Below are positions 1-13,900 of a stretch of DNA of 64,000 nucleotides, piece after piece. This DNA comes from Tubulanus polymorphus (taxonomy: Eukaryota; Animalia; Nemertea), in the NCBI RefSeq assembly GCF_964204645.1, contig NW_027437465.1, positions 1 through 64,000 on the forward strand, written 5' to 3'. A program made the translations under genes and the position numbers. Position 1 is the first letter of the stretch. Every line of letters starts with the position of its first letter. Under the pieces are notes generated by a model, which saw nothing but the letters and a program-made list of their open reading frames with translations, made no database searches and was not told the DNA's origin.

Positions 1-3000
1 TGCGCAAAAAGCGCTCAAATCGACGGGAAAAGCACATTTCGACCCGAAAACGTCGTTCAGCGCGAGAAAAGACGTTTTCTCATCAAATTCTACCGTATCG
101 GAAAAACGAAAATGTCGATGCGCAAAAGCGCTCAAATCGACGGGAAAAGCACATTTCGACCCGAAAACGTCGTTCAGCGCGAGAAAAGACGTTTTCTCAT
201 CAAATTCTCCCCGTATCGGAAAAACGAAAATGTCGATGCGCAAAAGCGCTTAAATCCACGGGAAAAGCACATTTCGACCCGAAAACGTCGTTCAGCGCGA
301 GAAAAGACGTTTTCTCATCAAATTCTCCCCGTATCGGAAAAACGAAAATGTCGATGCGCAAAAAGCGCTCAAATCGACGGGAAAAGCACATTTCGACCCG
401 AAAACGTCGTTCAGCGCGAGAAAAGACGTTTTCTCATCAAATTCTCCCCGTATCGGAAAAACGAAAATGTCGATGCGCAAAAAGCGCTCAAATCGACGGG
501 AAAAGCACATTTCGACCCGAAAACGTCGTTCAGCGCGAGAAAAGACGTTTTCTCATCAAATTCTACCCGTATCGGAAAAACGAAAATGTCGATGCACAAA
601 AGCGCTCAAATCGACGGGAAAAGCACATTTCGACCCGAAAACGTCGTTCAGCGCGAGAAAAGACGTTTTCTCATCAAATTCTACCCGTATCGGAAAAACG
701 AAAATGTCGATGCGCAAAAGCGCTCAAATCGACGGGAAAAGCACATTTCGACCCGAAAACGTCGTTCAGCGCGAGAAAAGACGTTTTCTCATCAAATTCT
801 CCCCGTGTCGGAAAAACGAAAATGTCGATGCGCAAAAGCGCTCAAATCGACGGGAAAAGCACATTTCGACCCGAAAACGTCGTTCAGCGCGAGAAAAGAC
901 GTTTTCTCATCAAATTCTCCCCGTATCGGAAAAACGAAAATGTCGATGCGCAAAAGCGCTCAAATCAACGGGAAAAGCACATTTCCACCCTAAAACGTCG
1001 TTCAGCGCGAGAAAAGACGTTTTCTCATCAAATTCTCCCCGTATCGGAAAAACGAAAATGTCGATGCGCAAAAGCGCTCAAATCGACGGGAAAAGCACAT
1101 TTCGACCCGAAAACGTCGTTCAGCGGGAGAAAAGACGTTTTCTCATCAAATTCTCCCCTTATCGGAAAAACGAAAATGTCGATGCGCAAAAGCGCTCAAA
1201 TCGACGGGAAAAGCACATTTCCGCCCGAAAACGTCGTTCAGCGCGAGAAAAGACGTTTTCTCATCAAATTCTCCCCGTATCGGAAAAACGAAAATGTCGA
1301 TGCGCAAAAGCGCTTAAATCCACGGGAAAAGCACATTTCGACCCGAAAACGTCGTTCAGCGCGAGAAAAGACGTTTTCTCATCAAATTCTCCCCGTATCG
1401 GAAAAACGAAAATGTCGATGAGCAAAAAGCGCTCAAATCGACGGGAAAAGCACATTTCGACCCGAAAACGTCGTTCAGCGCGAGAAAAGACGTTTTCTCA
1501 TCAAATTCTCCCCGTATCGGAAAAACGAAAATGTCGATGCGCAAAAGCGCTCAAATCAACGGGAAAAGCACATTTCCACCCTAAAACGTCGTTCAGCGCG
1601 AGAAAAGACGTTTTCTCATCAAATTCTCCCCGTATCGGAAAAACGAAAATGTCGATGCGCAAAAGCGCTCAAATCGACGGGAAAAGCACATTTCGACCCG
1701 AAAACGTCGTTCAGCGGGAGAAAAGACGTTTTCTCATCAAATTCTCCCCGTATCGGAAAAACGAAAATGTCGATGCGCAAAAAGCGCTCAAATCGACGGG
1801 AAAAGCACATTTCGACCCGAAAACGTCGTTCAGCGCGAGAAAAGACGTTTTCTCATCAAATTCTACCCGTATCGGAAAAAACGAAAATGTCGATGCGCAA
1901 AAGCGCTCAAATCGACGGGAAAAGCACATTTCGACCCGAAAACGTCGTTCAGCGCGAGAAAAGACGTTTTCTCATCAAATTCTCCCCGTATCGGAAAAAC
2001 GAAAATGTCGATGCGCAAAAGCGCTTAAATCCACGGGAAAAGCACATTTCGACCCGAAAACGTCGTTCAGCGCGAGAAAAGACGTTTTCTCATCAAATTC
2101 TCCCCGTATCGGAAAAACGAAAATGTCGATGCGCAAAAAGCGCTCAAATCGACGGGAAAAGCACATTTCGACCCGAAAACGTCGTTCAGCGCGAGAAAAG
2201 ACGTTTTCTCATCAAATTCTCCCCGTATCGGAAAAACGAAAATGTCGATGCGCAAAAGCGCTTAAATCCACGGGAAAAGCACATTTCGACCCGAAAACGT
2301 CGTTCAGCGCGAGAAAAGACGTTTTCTCATCAAATTCTCCCCGTATCGGAAAAACGAAAATGTCGATGCGCAAAAAGCGCTCAAATCGACGGGAAAAGCA
2401 CATTTCGACCCGAAAACGTCGTTCAGCGCGAGAAAAGACGTTTTCTCATCAAATTCTCCCCGTATCGGAAAAACGAAAATGTCGATGCGCAAAAGCGCTC
2501 AAATCGACGGGAAAAGCACATTTCCACCCGAAAACGTCGTTCAGCGCGAGAAAAGACGTTTTCTCATCAAATTCTCCCCGTATCGGAAAAACGAAAATGT
2601 CGATGCGCAAAAGCGCTCAAATCGACGGGAAAAGCACATTTCGACCCGAAAACGTCGTTCAGCGCGAGAAAAGACGTTTTCTCATCAAATTCTACCCGTA
2701 TCGGAAAAACGAAAATGTCGATGCGCAAAAGCGCTCAAATCGACGGGAAAAGCACATTTCGACCCGAAAACGTCGTTCAGCGCGAGAAAAGACGTTTTCT
2801 CATCAAATTCTCCCCGTGTCGGAAAAACGAAAATGTCGATGCGCAAAAGCGCTCAAATCGACGGGAAAAGCACATTTCGACCCGAAAACGTCGTTCAGCG
2901 CGAGAAAAGACGTTTTCTCATCAAATTCTCCCCGTATCGGAAAAACGAAAATGTCGATGCGCAAAAGCGCTTAAATCCACGGGAAAAGCACATTTCGACC

Positions 3001-6000
3001 CGAAAACGTCGTTCAGCGCGAGAAAAGACGTTTTCTCATCAAATTCTCCCCGTATCGGAAAAACGAAAATGTCGATGCGCAAAAAGCGCTCAAATCGACG
3101 GGAAAAGCACATTTCGACCCGAAAACGTCGTTCAGCGCGAGAAAAGACGTTTTCTCATCAAATTCTCCCCGTATCGGAAAAACGAAAATGTCGATGCGCA
3201 AAAGCGCTCAAATCAACGGGAAAAGCACATTTCCACCCTAAAACGTCGTTCAGCGCGAGAAAAGACGTTTTCTCATCAAATTCTCCCCGTATCGGAAAAA
3301 CGAAAATGTCGATGCGCAAAAGCGCTCAAATCGACGGGAAAAGCACATTTCGACCCGAAAACGTCGTTCAGCGGGAGAAAAGACGTTTTCTCATCAAATT
3401 CTCCCCGTATCGGAAAAACGAAAATGTCGATGCGCAAAAAGCGCTCAAATCGACGGGAAAAGCACATTTCGACCCGAAAACGTCGTTCAGCGCGAGAAAA
3501 GACGTTTTCTCATCAAATTCTCCCCGTATCGGAAAAACGAAAATGTCGATGCGCAAAAGCGCTCAAATCGACGGGAAAAGCACATTTCGACCCGAAAACG
3601 TCGTTCAGCGCGAGAAAAGACGTTTTCTCATCAAATTCTCCCCGTATCGGAAAAACGAAAATGTCGATGCGCAAAAGCGCTTAAATCCACGGGAAAAGCA
3701 CATTTCGACCCGAAAACGTCGTTCAGCGCGAGAAAAGACGTTTTCTCATCAAATTCTCCCCGTATCGGAAAAACGAAAATGTCGATGCGCAAAAAGCGCT
3801 CAAATCGACGGGAAAAGCACATTTCGACCCGAAAACGTCGTTCAGCGCGAGAAAAGACGTTTTCTCATCAAATTCTCCCCGTATCGGAAAAACGAAAATG
3901 TCGATGCGCAAAAAGCGCTCAAATCGACGGGAAAAGCACATTTCGACCCGAAAACGTCGTTCAGCGCGAGAAAAGACGTTTTCTCATCAAATTCTACCCG
4001 TATCGGAAAAACGAAAATGTCGATGCACAAAAGCGCTCAAATCGACGGGAAAAGCACATTTCGACCCGAAAACGTCGTTCAGCGCGAGAAAAGACGTTTT
4101 CTCATCAAATTCTCCCCGTATCGGAAAAACGAAAATGTCGATGCGCAAAAGCGCTTAAATCCACGGGAAAAGCACATTTCGACCCGAAAACGTCGTTCAG
4201 CGCGAGAAAAGACGTTTTCTCATCAAATTCTCCCCGTATCGGAAAAACGAAAATGTCGATGCGCAAAAAGCGCTCAAATCGACGGGAAAAGCACATTTCG
4301 ACCCGAAAACGTCGTTCAGCGCGAGAAAAGACGTTTTCTCATCAAATTCTCCCCGTATCGGAAAAACGAAAATGTCGATGCGCAAAAGCGCTCAAATCGA
4401 CGGGAAAAGCACATTTCCACCCGAAAACGTCGTTCAGCGCGAGAAAAGACGTTTTCTCATCAAATTCTCCCCGTATCGGAAAAACGAAAATGTCGATGCG
4501 CAAAAAGCGCTCAAATCGACGGGAAAAGCACATTTCGACCCGAAAACGTCGTTCAGCGCGAGAAAAGACGTTTTCTCATCAAATTCTACCCGTATCGGAA
4601 AAACGAAAATGTCGATGCGCAAAAGCGCTCAAATCGACGGGAAAAGCACATTTCGACCCGAAAACGTCGTTCAGCGCGAGAAAAGACGTTTTCTCATCAA
4701 ATTCTCCCCGTATCGGAAAAACGAAAATGTCGATGCGCAAAAAGCGCTCAAATCGACGGGAAAAGCACATTTCGTCCCGAAAACGTCGTTCAGCGCGAGA
4801 AAAGCAGGTTTCTCATCAAATTCTCCCCGTATCGGAAAAAACTAAAATGTCGATGCGCGAAAGCGCTCAAATCGACGGGAAAAGCACATTTCCACCCGAA
4901 AACGTCGTTCAGCGCGAGAAAAGCAGTTTTCTCATCAAATTCTCCCCGTATCGGAAAAACGAAAATGTCGATGCACGAAAGCGCTCAAATCGACGGGAAA
5001 AGCACATTTCGACCCGAAAACGTCGTTCAGCGCGAGAAAAGACGTTTTCTCATCAAATTCTCCCTTATCGGAAAAACGAAAATGTCGATGCGCAAAAGCG
5101 CTCAAATCGACGGGAAAAGCACATTTCGACCCGAAAACGTCGTTCAGCGCGAGAAAAGACGTTTTCTCATCAAATTCTCCCCGTATCGGAAAAACGAAAA
5201 TGTCGATGCGCAAAAAGCGCTCAAATCGACGGGAAAAGCACATTTCGACCCGAAAACGTCGTTCAGCGCGAGAAAAGACGTTTTCTCATCAAATTCTCCC
5301 CGTATCGGAAAAACGAAAATGTCGATGCGCAAAAGCGCTCAAATCGACGGGAAAAGCACATTTCGACCCGAAAACGTCGTTCAGCGCGAGAAAAGACGTT
5401 TTCTCATCAAATTCTCCCCGTATCGGAAAAACGAAAATGTCGATGCGCAAAAAGCGCTCAAATCGACGGGAAAAGCACATTTCGACCCGAAAACGTCGTT
5501 CAGCGCGAGAAAAGACGTTTTCTCATCAAATTCTACCCGTATCGGAAAAACGAAAATGTCGATGCGCAAAAGCGCTCAAATCGACGGGAAAAGCACATTT
5601 CGACCCGAAAACGTCGTTCAGCGCGAGAAAAGACGTTTTCTCATCAAATTCTCCCCGTATCGGAAAAACGAAAATGTCGATGCGCAAAAGCGCTCAAATC
5701 GACGGGAAAAGCACATTTCGACCCGAAAACGTCGTTCAGCGCGAGAAAAGACGTTTTCTCATCAAATTCTCCCCGTATCGGAAAAACGAAAATGTCGATG
5801 CGCAAAAGCGCTCAAATCGACGGGAAAAGCACATTTCGACCCGAAAACGTCGTTCAGCGCGAGAAAAGACGTTTTCTCATCAAATTCTCCCCGTATCGGA
5901 AAAACGAAAATGTCGATGCGCAAAAGCGCTCAAATCGACGGAAAAAGCACATTTCCACCCGAAAACGTCGTTCAGCGCGAGAAAAGACGTTTTCTCATCA

Positions 6001-9000
6001 AATTCTCCCCTTATCGGAAAAACGAAAATGTCGATGCGCAAAGCGCTCAAATCGACGGGAAAAGCACATTTCCACCCGAAAACGTCGTTCAGCGCGAGAA
6101 AAGACGTTTTCTCATCAAATTCTCCCCGTATCGGAAAAACGAAAATGTCGATGCGCAAAAGCGCTCAAATCGACGGGAAAAGCACATTTCGACCCGAAAA
6201 CGTCGTTCAGCGCGAGAAAAGACGTTTTCTCATCAAATTCTCCCCTTATCGGAAAAACGAAAATGTCGATGCGCAAAAGCGCTCAAATCGACGGGAAAAG
6301 CACATTTCCGCCCGAAAACGTCGTTCAGCGCGAGAAAAGACGTTTTCTCATCAAATTCTCCCCGTATCGGAAAAACGAAAATGTCGATGCGCAAAAGCGC
6401 TTAAATCCACGGGAAAAGCACATTTCGACCCGAAAACGTCGTTCAGCGCGAGAAAAGACGTTTTCTCATCAAATTCTCCCCGTATCGGAAAAACGAAAAT
6501 GTCGATGCGCAAAAAGCGCTCAAATCGACGGGAAAAGCACATTTCGACCCGAAAACGTCGTTCAGCGCGAGAAAAGACGTTTTCTCATCAAATTCTCCCC
6601 GTATCGGAAAAAACGAAAATGTCGATGCGCAAAAGCGCTCAAATCGACGGGAAAAGCACATTTCGACCCGAAAACGTCGTTCAGCGGGAGAAAAGACGTT
6701 TTCTCATCAAATTCTCCCCGTATCGGAAAAACGAAAATGTCGATGCGCAAAAAGCGCTCAAATCGACGGGAAAAGCACATTTCGACCCGAAAACGTCGTT
6801 CAGCGCGAGAAAAGACGTTTTCTCATCAAATTCTACCCGTATCGGAAAAACGAAAATGTCGATGCGCAAAAGCGCTCAAATCGACGGGAAAAGCACATTT
6901 CGACCCGAAAACGTCGTTCAGCGCGAGAAAAGACGTTTTCTCATCAAATTCTCCCCGTATCGGAAAAACGAAAATGTCGATGCGCAAAAGCGCTTAAATC
7001 CACGGGAAAAGCACATTTCGACCCGAAAACGTCGTTCAGCGCGAGAAAAGACGTTTTCTCATCAAATTCTCCCCGTATCGGAAAAACGAAAATGTCGATG
7101 CGCAAAAAGCGCTCAAATCGACGGGAAAAGCACATTTCGACCCGAAAACGTCGTTCAGCGCGAGAAAAGACGTTTCTCATCAAATTCTCCCCGTATCGGA
7201 AAAACGAAAATGTCGATGCGCAAAAAGCGCTCAAATCGACGGGAAAAGCACATTTCGACCCGAAAACGTCGTTCAGCGCGAGAAAAGACGTTTTCTCATC
7301 AAATTCTACCCGTATCGGAAAAACGAAAATGTCGATGCACAAAAGCGCTCAAATCGACGGGAAAAGCACATTTCGACCCGAAAACGTCGTTCAGCGCGAG
7401 AAAAGACGTGAAAAGACGTTTTCTCATCAAATTCTCCCGTATCGGAAAAACGAAAATGTCGATGCGCAAAAGCGCTCAAATCGACGGGAAAAGCACATTT
7501 CCACCCGAAAACGTCGTTCAGCGCGAGAAAAGACGTTTTCTCATCAAATTCTCCCCGTATCGGAAAACGAAAATGTCGATGCGCAAAAAGCGCTCAAATC
7601 GACGGGAAAGCACATTTCGACCCGAAAACGTCGTTCAGCGCGAGAAAAGACGTTTTCTCATCAAATTCTACCCGTATCGGAAAAACGAAAATGTCGATGC
7701 GCAAAAGCGCTCAAATCGACGGGAAAAGCACATTTCGACCCGAAAACGTCGTTCAGCGCGAGAAAAGACGTTTTCTCATCAAATTCTCCCGTATCGGAAA
7801 AACGAAAATGTCGATGCGCAAAAGCGCTCAAATCGACGGGAAAAGCACATTTCGACCCGAAAACGTCGTTCAGCGCGAGAAAAGACGTTTCTCATCAAAT
7901 TCTCCCGTATCGGAAAAATGAAAATGTCGATGCGCAAAAGCGCTCAAATCGACGGGAAAAGCACATTTCGTCCCGAAAACGTCGTTCAGCGCGAGAAAAG
8001 CAGGTTTCTCATCAATTTCTCCCGTATCGGAAAAAACTAAAATGTCGATGCGCGAAAGCGCTCAAATCGACGGGAAAAGCACATTTCCACCCGAAAACGT
8101 CGTTCAGCGCGAGAAAAGCAGTTTTCTCATCAAATTCTCCCCGTATCGGAAAAACGAAAATGTCGATGCGCGAAAGCGCTCAAATCGACGGGAAAAGCAC
8201 ATTTCGACCCGAAAACGTCGTTCAGCGCGAGAAAAGACTTTTTCTCATCAAATTCTCCCCGTATCGGAAAAACGAAAATGTCGATGCACGAAAGCGCTCA
8301 AATCGACGGGAAAAGCACATTTCGACCCGAAAACGTCGTTCAGCGCGAGAAAAGACGTTTTCTCATCAAATTCTCCCCGTATCGGAAAAACGAAAATGTC
8401 GATGCGCAAAAGCGCTCAAATCGACGGGAAAAGCACATTTCGACCCGAAAACGTCGTTCAGCGCGAGAAAAGACGTTTTCTCATCAAATTCTCCCCTTAT
8501 CGGAAAAACGAAAATGTCGATGCGCAAAAGCGCTCAAATCGACGGGAAAAGCACATTTCGACCCGAAAACGTCGTTCAGCGCGAGAAAAGACGTTTTCTC
8601 ATCAAATTCTCCCCGTATCGGAAAAACGAAAATGTCGATGCGCAAAAAGCGCTCAAATCGACGGGAAAAGCACATTTCGACCCGAAAACGTCGTTCAGCG
8701 CGAGAAAAGACGTTTTCTCATCAAATTCTCCCCGTATCGGAAAAACGAAAATGTCGATGCGCAAAAGCGCTCAAATCGACGGGAAAAGCACATTTCGACC
8801 CGAAAACGTCGTTCAGCGCGAGAAAAGACGTTTTCTCATCAAATTCTCCCCGTATCGGAAAAACGAAAATGTCGATGCGCAAAAAGCGCTCAAATCGACG
8901 GGAAAAGCACATTTCGACCCGAAAACGTCGTTCAGCGCGAGAAAAGACGTTTTCTCATCAAATTCTACCCGTATCGGAAAAACGAAAATGTCGATGCGCA

Positions 9001-10980
9001 AAAGCGCTCAAATCGACGGGAAAAGCACATTTCGACCCGAAAACGTCGTTCAGCGCGAGAAAAGACGTTTTCTCATCAAATTCTCCCCGTATCGGAAAAA
9101 CGAAAATGTCGATGCGCAAAAGCGCTCAAATCGACGGGAAAAGCACATTTCGACCCGAAAACGTCGTTCAGCGCGAGAAAAGACGTTTTCTCATCAAATT
9201 CTCCCCGTATCGGAAAAACGAAAATGTCGATGCGCAAAAGCGCTCAAATCGACGGGAAAAGCACATTTCGACCCGAAAACGTCGTTCAGCGCGAGAAAAG
9301 ACGTTTTCTCATCAAATTCTCCCCGTATCGGAAAAACGAAAATTTCGATGCGCAAAAGCGCTCAAATCGACGGAAAAAGCACATTTCCACCCGAAAACGT
9401 CGTTCAGCGCGAGAAAAGACGTTTTCTCATCAAATTCTCCCCGTATCGGAAAAACGAAAATGTCGATGCGCAAAAGCGCTCAAATCGACGGGAAAAGCAC
9501 ATTTCGACCCGAAAACGTCGTTCAGCGCGAGAAAAGACGTTTTCTCATCAAATTCTCCCCTTATCGGAAAAACGAAAATGTCGATGCGCAAAAGCGCTCA
9601 AATCGACGGGAAAAGCACATTTCCGCCCGAAAACGTCGTTCAGCGCGAGAAAAGACGTTTTCTCATCAAATTCTCCCCGTATCGGAAAAACGAAAATGTC
9701 GATGCGCAAAAGCGCTTAAATCCACGGGAAAAGCACATTTCGACCCGAAAACGTCGTTCAGCGCGAGAAAAGACGTTTTCTCATCAAATTCTCCCCGTAT
9801 CGGAAAAACGAAAATGTCGATGCGCAAAAAGCGCTCAAATCGACGGGAAAAGCACATTTCGACCCGAAAACGTCGTTCAGCGCGAGAAAAGACGTTTTCT
9901 CATCAAATTCTCCCCGTATCGGAAAAACGAAAATGTCGATGCGCAAAAGCGCTCAAATCGACGGGAAAAGCACATTTCCGCCCGAAAACGTCGTTCAGCG
10001 CGAGAAAAGACGTTTTCTCATCAAATTCTCCCCGTATCGGAAAAACGAAAATGTCGATGCGCAAAAGCGCTTAAATCGACGGGAAAAGCACATTTCGACC
10101 CGAAAACGTCGTTCAGCGCGAGAAAAGACGTTTTCTCATCAAATTCTCCCCGTATCGGAAAAACGAAAATGTCGATGCGCAAAAGCGCTCAAATCGACGG
10201 GAAAAGCACATTTCGACCCGAAAACGTCGTTCAGCGCGAGAAAAGACGTTTTCTCATCAAATTCTCCCCGTATCGGAAAAACGAAAATGTCGATGCGCAA
10301 AAAGCGCTCAAATCGACGGGAAAAGCACATTTCGACCCGAAAACGTCGTTCAGCGCGAGAAAAGACGTTTTCTCATCAAATTCTACCCGTATCGGAAAAA
10401 CGAAAATGTCGATGCGCAAAAGCGCTCAAATCGACGGGAAAAGCACATTTCCACCCGAAAACGTCGTTCAGCGCGAGAAAAGCAGTTTTCTCATCAAATT
10501 CTCCCCGTATCGGAAAAACGAAAATGTCGATGCGCGAAAGCGCTCAAATCGACGGGAAAAGCACATTTCGACCCGAAAACGTCGTTCAGCGCGAGAAAAG
10601 ACTTTTTCTCATCAAATTCTCCCCGTATCGGAAAAACGAAAATGTCGATGCACGAAAGCGCTCAAATCGACGGGAAAAGCACATTTCGACCCGAAAACGT
10701 CGTTCAGCGCGAGAAAAGACGTTTTCTCATCAAATTCTCCCCGTATCGGAAAAACGAAAATGTCGATGCGCAAAAGCGCTCAAATCGACGGGAAAAGCAC
10801 ATTTCGACCCGAAAACGTCGTTCAGCGCGAGAAAAGACGTTTTCTCATCAAATTCTCCCCTTATCGGAAAAACGAAAATGTCGATGCGCAAAAGCGCTCA
10901 AATCGACGGGAAAAGCACATTTCGACCCGAAAACGTCGTTCAGCGCGAGAAAAGACCTTTTCTCATCAAATTCTACCCGT
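1..10980 (+). repeat. Satellite domain A: homogeneous 118/119-bp monomers (GCGCAAAA(A)G type)
   Basis: Monomers nearly identical, loop GACG. Variants are mostly A-tract length, CTTAAATCCAC, TCTACCC and TTTCCACC. Shared variants and the ORF track recur at offsets of 237, 1657 and 3431/3432 bp. Boundary approximate. Confidence 0.85.
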
Positions 10981-13900
10981 ATCGGAAAAACGAAAATGTC
11001 GATGCGCGAAAGCGCTCAAATCGACGGGAAAAGCACTTTTCGACCCGAAAACGTCGTTCAGCGCGAGAAAAGCAGTTTTCTCATCAAATTCTCCCCGTAT
11101 CGGAAAAACGAAAATGTCGATGCGCGAAAGCGCTCAAATCGACGGGAAAAGCACATTTCGACCCGAAAACGTCGTTCAGCGCGAGAAAAGACTTTTTCTC
11201 ATCAAATTCTCCCCGTATCGGAAAAACGAAAATGTCGATGCGCGAAAGCGCTCAAATCGACGGGAAAAGCACATTTCGACCCGAAAACGTCGTTCAGCGC
11301 GAGAAAAGCAGTCTTCTCATCAAATTCTCCCAGTATCGGAAAAATGAAAATGTCGATGCGCCAGAAAAGCGCTCAAATCGACGGGAAAAGCACATTTCGA
11401 CCCGTAAAACGTCGTTCAGCGCGAGAAAAAAAATTTTCTCATCAAATTCTCCCCGTATCGGAAAAACGAAAATGTCGATGCGCGAAAGCGCTCAAATCGA
11501 CGGGAAAGGCACATTTCGACCCGAAAACGTCGTTCAGCGCGAGATAAGCAGTTTTCTCATCAAATTCTCCCCGTATCGGAAAAATGAAAATGTCGATGCG
11601 CCAAAAAGCGCCCAAATCGACGGGAAAAGCACATTTCGACCCGAAAACGTCGTTCAGCGCGAGAAAAGACGTTTTCTTATCAAATTCTCCCAGTATCGGA
11701 AAAATGAAAATGTCTTTGCGCCAGAAAAGCGCTCAAATCGACGGGAAAAGCACATTTCGACCCGAAAACGTCGTTCAGCGCGAGAAAAGACGTTTGCTCA
11801 TCAAATTCTCCCCGTATCGGAAAAACGAAAATGTCGATGCGCGAAAGCGCTCAAATCGACGGGAAAAGCACATTTCGACCCGAAAACGTCGTTCAGCGCG
11901 AGAAAAGACTTTTTCTCATCAAATTCTACCCGTATCGGAAAAACGAAAATGTCGATGCGCGAAAGCGCTCAAATCGACGGGAAAAGCACATTTCGACCCG
12001 AAAACGTCGTTCAGCGCGAGAAAAGCAGTCTTCTCATCAAATTCTCCCAGTATCGGAAAAATGAAAATGTCGATGCGCCAGAAAAGCGCTCAAATCGACA
12101 GCAAAAGCACATTTCGACCCGTAAAACGTCGTTCAGCGCGAGAAAAGACGTTTTCTCATCAAATTCTCACTTTATCGGAAAAATGAAAATGTCGATGCGC
12201 GAAAGCGCTCAAATCGACGGGAAAAGCACATTTCGCCCCGAAAACGTCGTTCAGCGCGAGAAAAGACCTTTTCTCATCAAATTCTCCCCGTATCGGAAAA
12301 ACGAAAATGTCGATGCGCGAAAGCGCTCAAATCGACGGGAAAAGCACTTTTCGACCCGAAAACGTCGTTCAGCGCGAGAAAAGCAGTTTTCTCATCAAAT
12401 TCTCCCCGTATCGGAAAAACGAAAATGTCGATGCGCGAAAGCGCTCAAATCGACGGGAAAAGTATATTTCGACCCGAAAACGTCGTTCAGCGCGAGAAAA
12501 GTCGTTTGCTCATCAAATTCTCCCCGTATCGGAAAAACGAAAATGTCGATGCGCGAAAGCGCTCAAATCGACGGGAAAAGCACATTTCGACCCGAAAACG
12601 TCGTTCAGCGCGAGAAAAGACTTTTTCTCATCAAATTCTCCCCGTATCGGAAAAACGAAAATGTCGATGCGCGAAAGCGCTCAAATCGACGGGAAAAGCA
12701 CATTTCGACCCGAAAACGTCGTTCAGCGCGAGAAAAGCAGTCTTCTCATCAAATTCTCCCAGTATCGGAAAAATGAAAATGTCGATGCGCCAGAAAAGCG
12801 CTCAAATCGACGGGAAAAGCACATTTCGCCCCGAAAACGTCGTTCAGCGCGAGAAAAGACGTTTTCTCATCAAATTCTCCCAGTATCGGAAAAATGAAAA
12901 TGTCGATGCACCAGAAAAGCGCTCAAATCGACGGGAAAAGCACATTTCGACCCGAAAACGTCGTTTAGCGCGAGAAAATTCGTTTGCTCATCAAATTCTC
13001 CCCGTATCGGAAAAACGAAAATGTCGATGCGCGAAAGCGCTCAAATCGACGGGAAAAGCACATTTCGACCCGAAAACGTCGTTCAGCGCGAGAAAAGACG
13101 TTTTCTCATCAAATTCTCCCCGTATTGGAAAAATGAAAATGTCGATGCGCGAAAGCGCTCAAATCGACGGGAGAAGGACATTTCGACCCGAAAACGTTGT
13201 TCAGCGCGAGAAAAGACGTATTCTCATCAAATTCTCCCCGTAGCAGAAAAACGAAAATGTTAATGCGCCAGAAAAGCGCTCAAATCGACGGGAAAAGCAC
13301 ATTTCGACCCGAAAACGTCGTTCAGCGCGAGAAAACACGTATTCTCATCAAATTCTCACTTTATCGGAAAAATGAAAATGTCGATGCGCGAAAGCGCTCA
13401 AATCGACGGGAAAAGCACATTTCGCCCCGAAAACGTCGTTCAGCGCGAGAAAAGACGTTTTCTTATCAAATTCTCACCATATCGGAAAAATGAAAATGTC
13501 GATGCGCCAAAAAAGCGCTCAAATCGACGGGAAAAGCACTTTTCGACCCGAAAACGTCGTTCAGCGCGAGAAAAGCAGTTTTCTCATCAAATTCTCCCCG
13601 TATCGGAAAAACGAAAATGTCGATGCGCGAAAGCGCTCAAATCGACGGGAAAAGCACATTTCGACCCGAAAACGTCGTTCAGCGCGAGAAAAGACTTTTT
13701 CTCATCAAATTCTCCCCGTATCGGAAAAACGAAAATGTCGATGCGCGAAAGCGCTCAAATCGACGGGAAAAGCACATTTCGACCCGAAAACGTCGTTCAG
13801 CGCGAGAAAAGCAGTCTTCTCATCAAATTCTCCCAGTATCGGAAAAATGAAAATGTCGATGCGCCAGAAAAGCGCTCAAATCGACGGGAAAAGCACATTT

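Noticed and set aside
112-229. 5S rRNA or tRNA gene array (unit ~120 bp)
   Set aside because: No 5S or tRNA conserved sequence, internal promoter boxes or spacer/terminator organisation recognisable.
205-232. CENP-B box-like motif on the minus strand (TTCG...CGGG)
   Set aside because: Spacing is 11 nt (TTCG TTTTTCCGATA CGGG) rather than the 7 nt of TTCGnnnnAnnCGGG.
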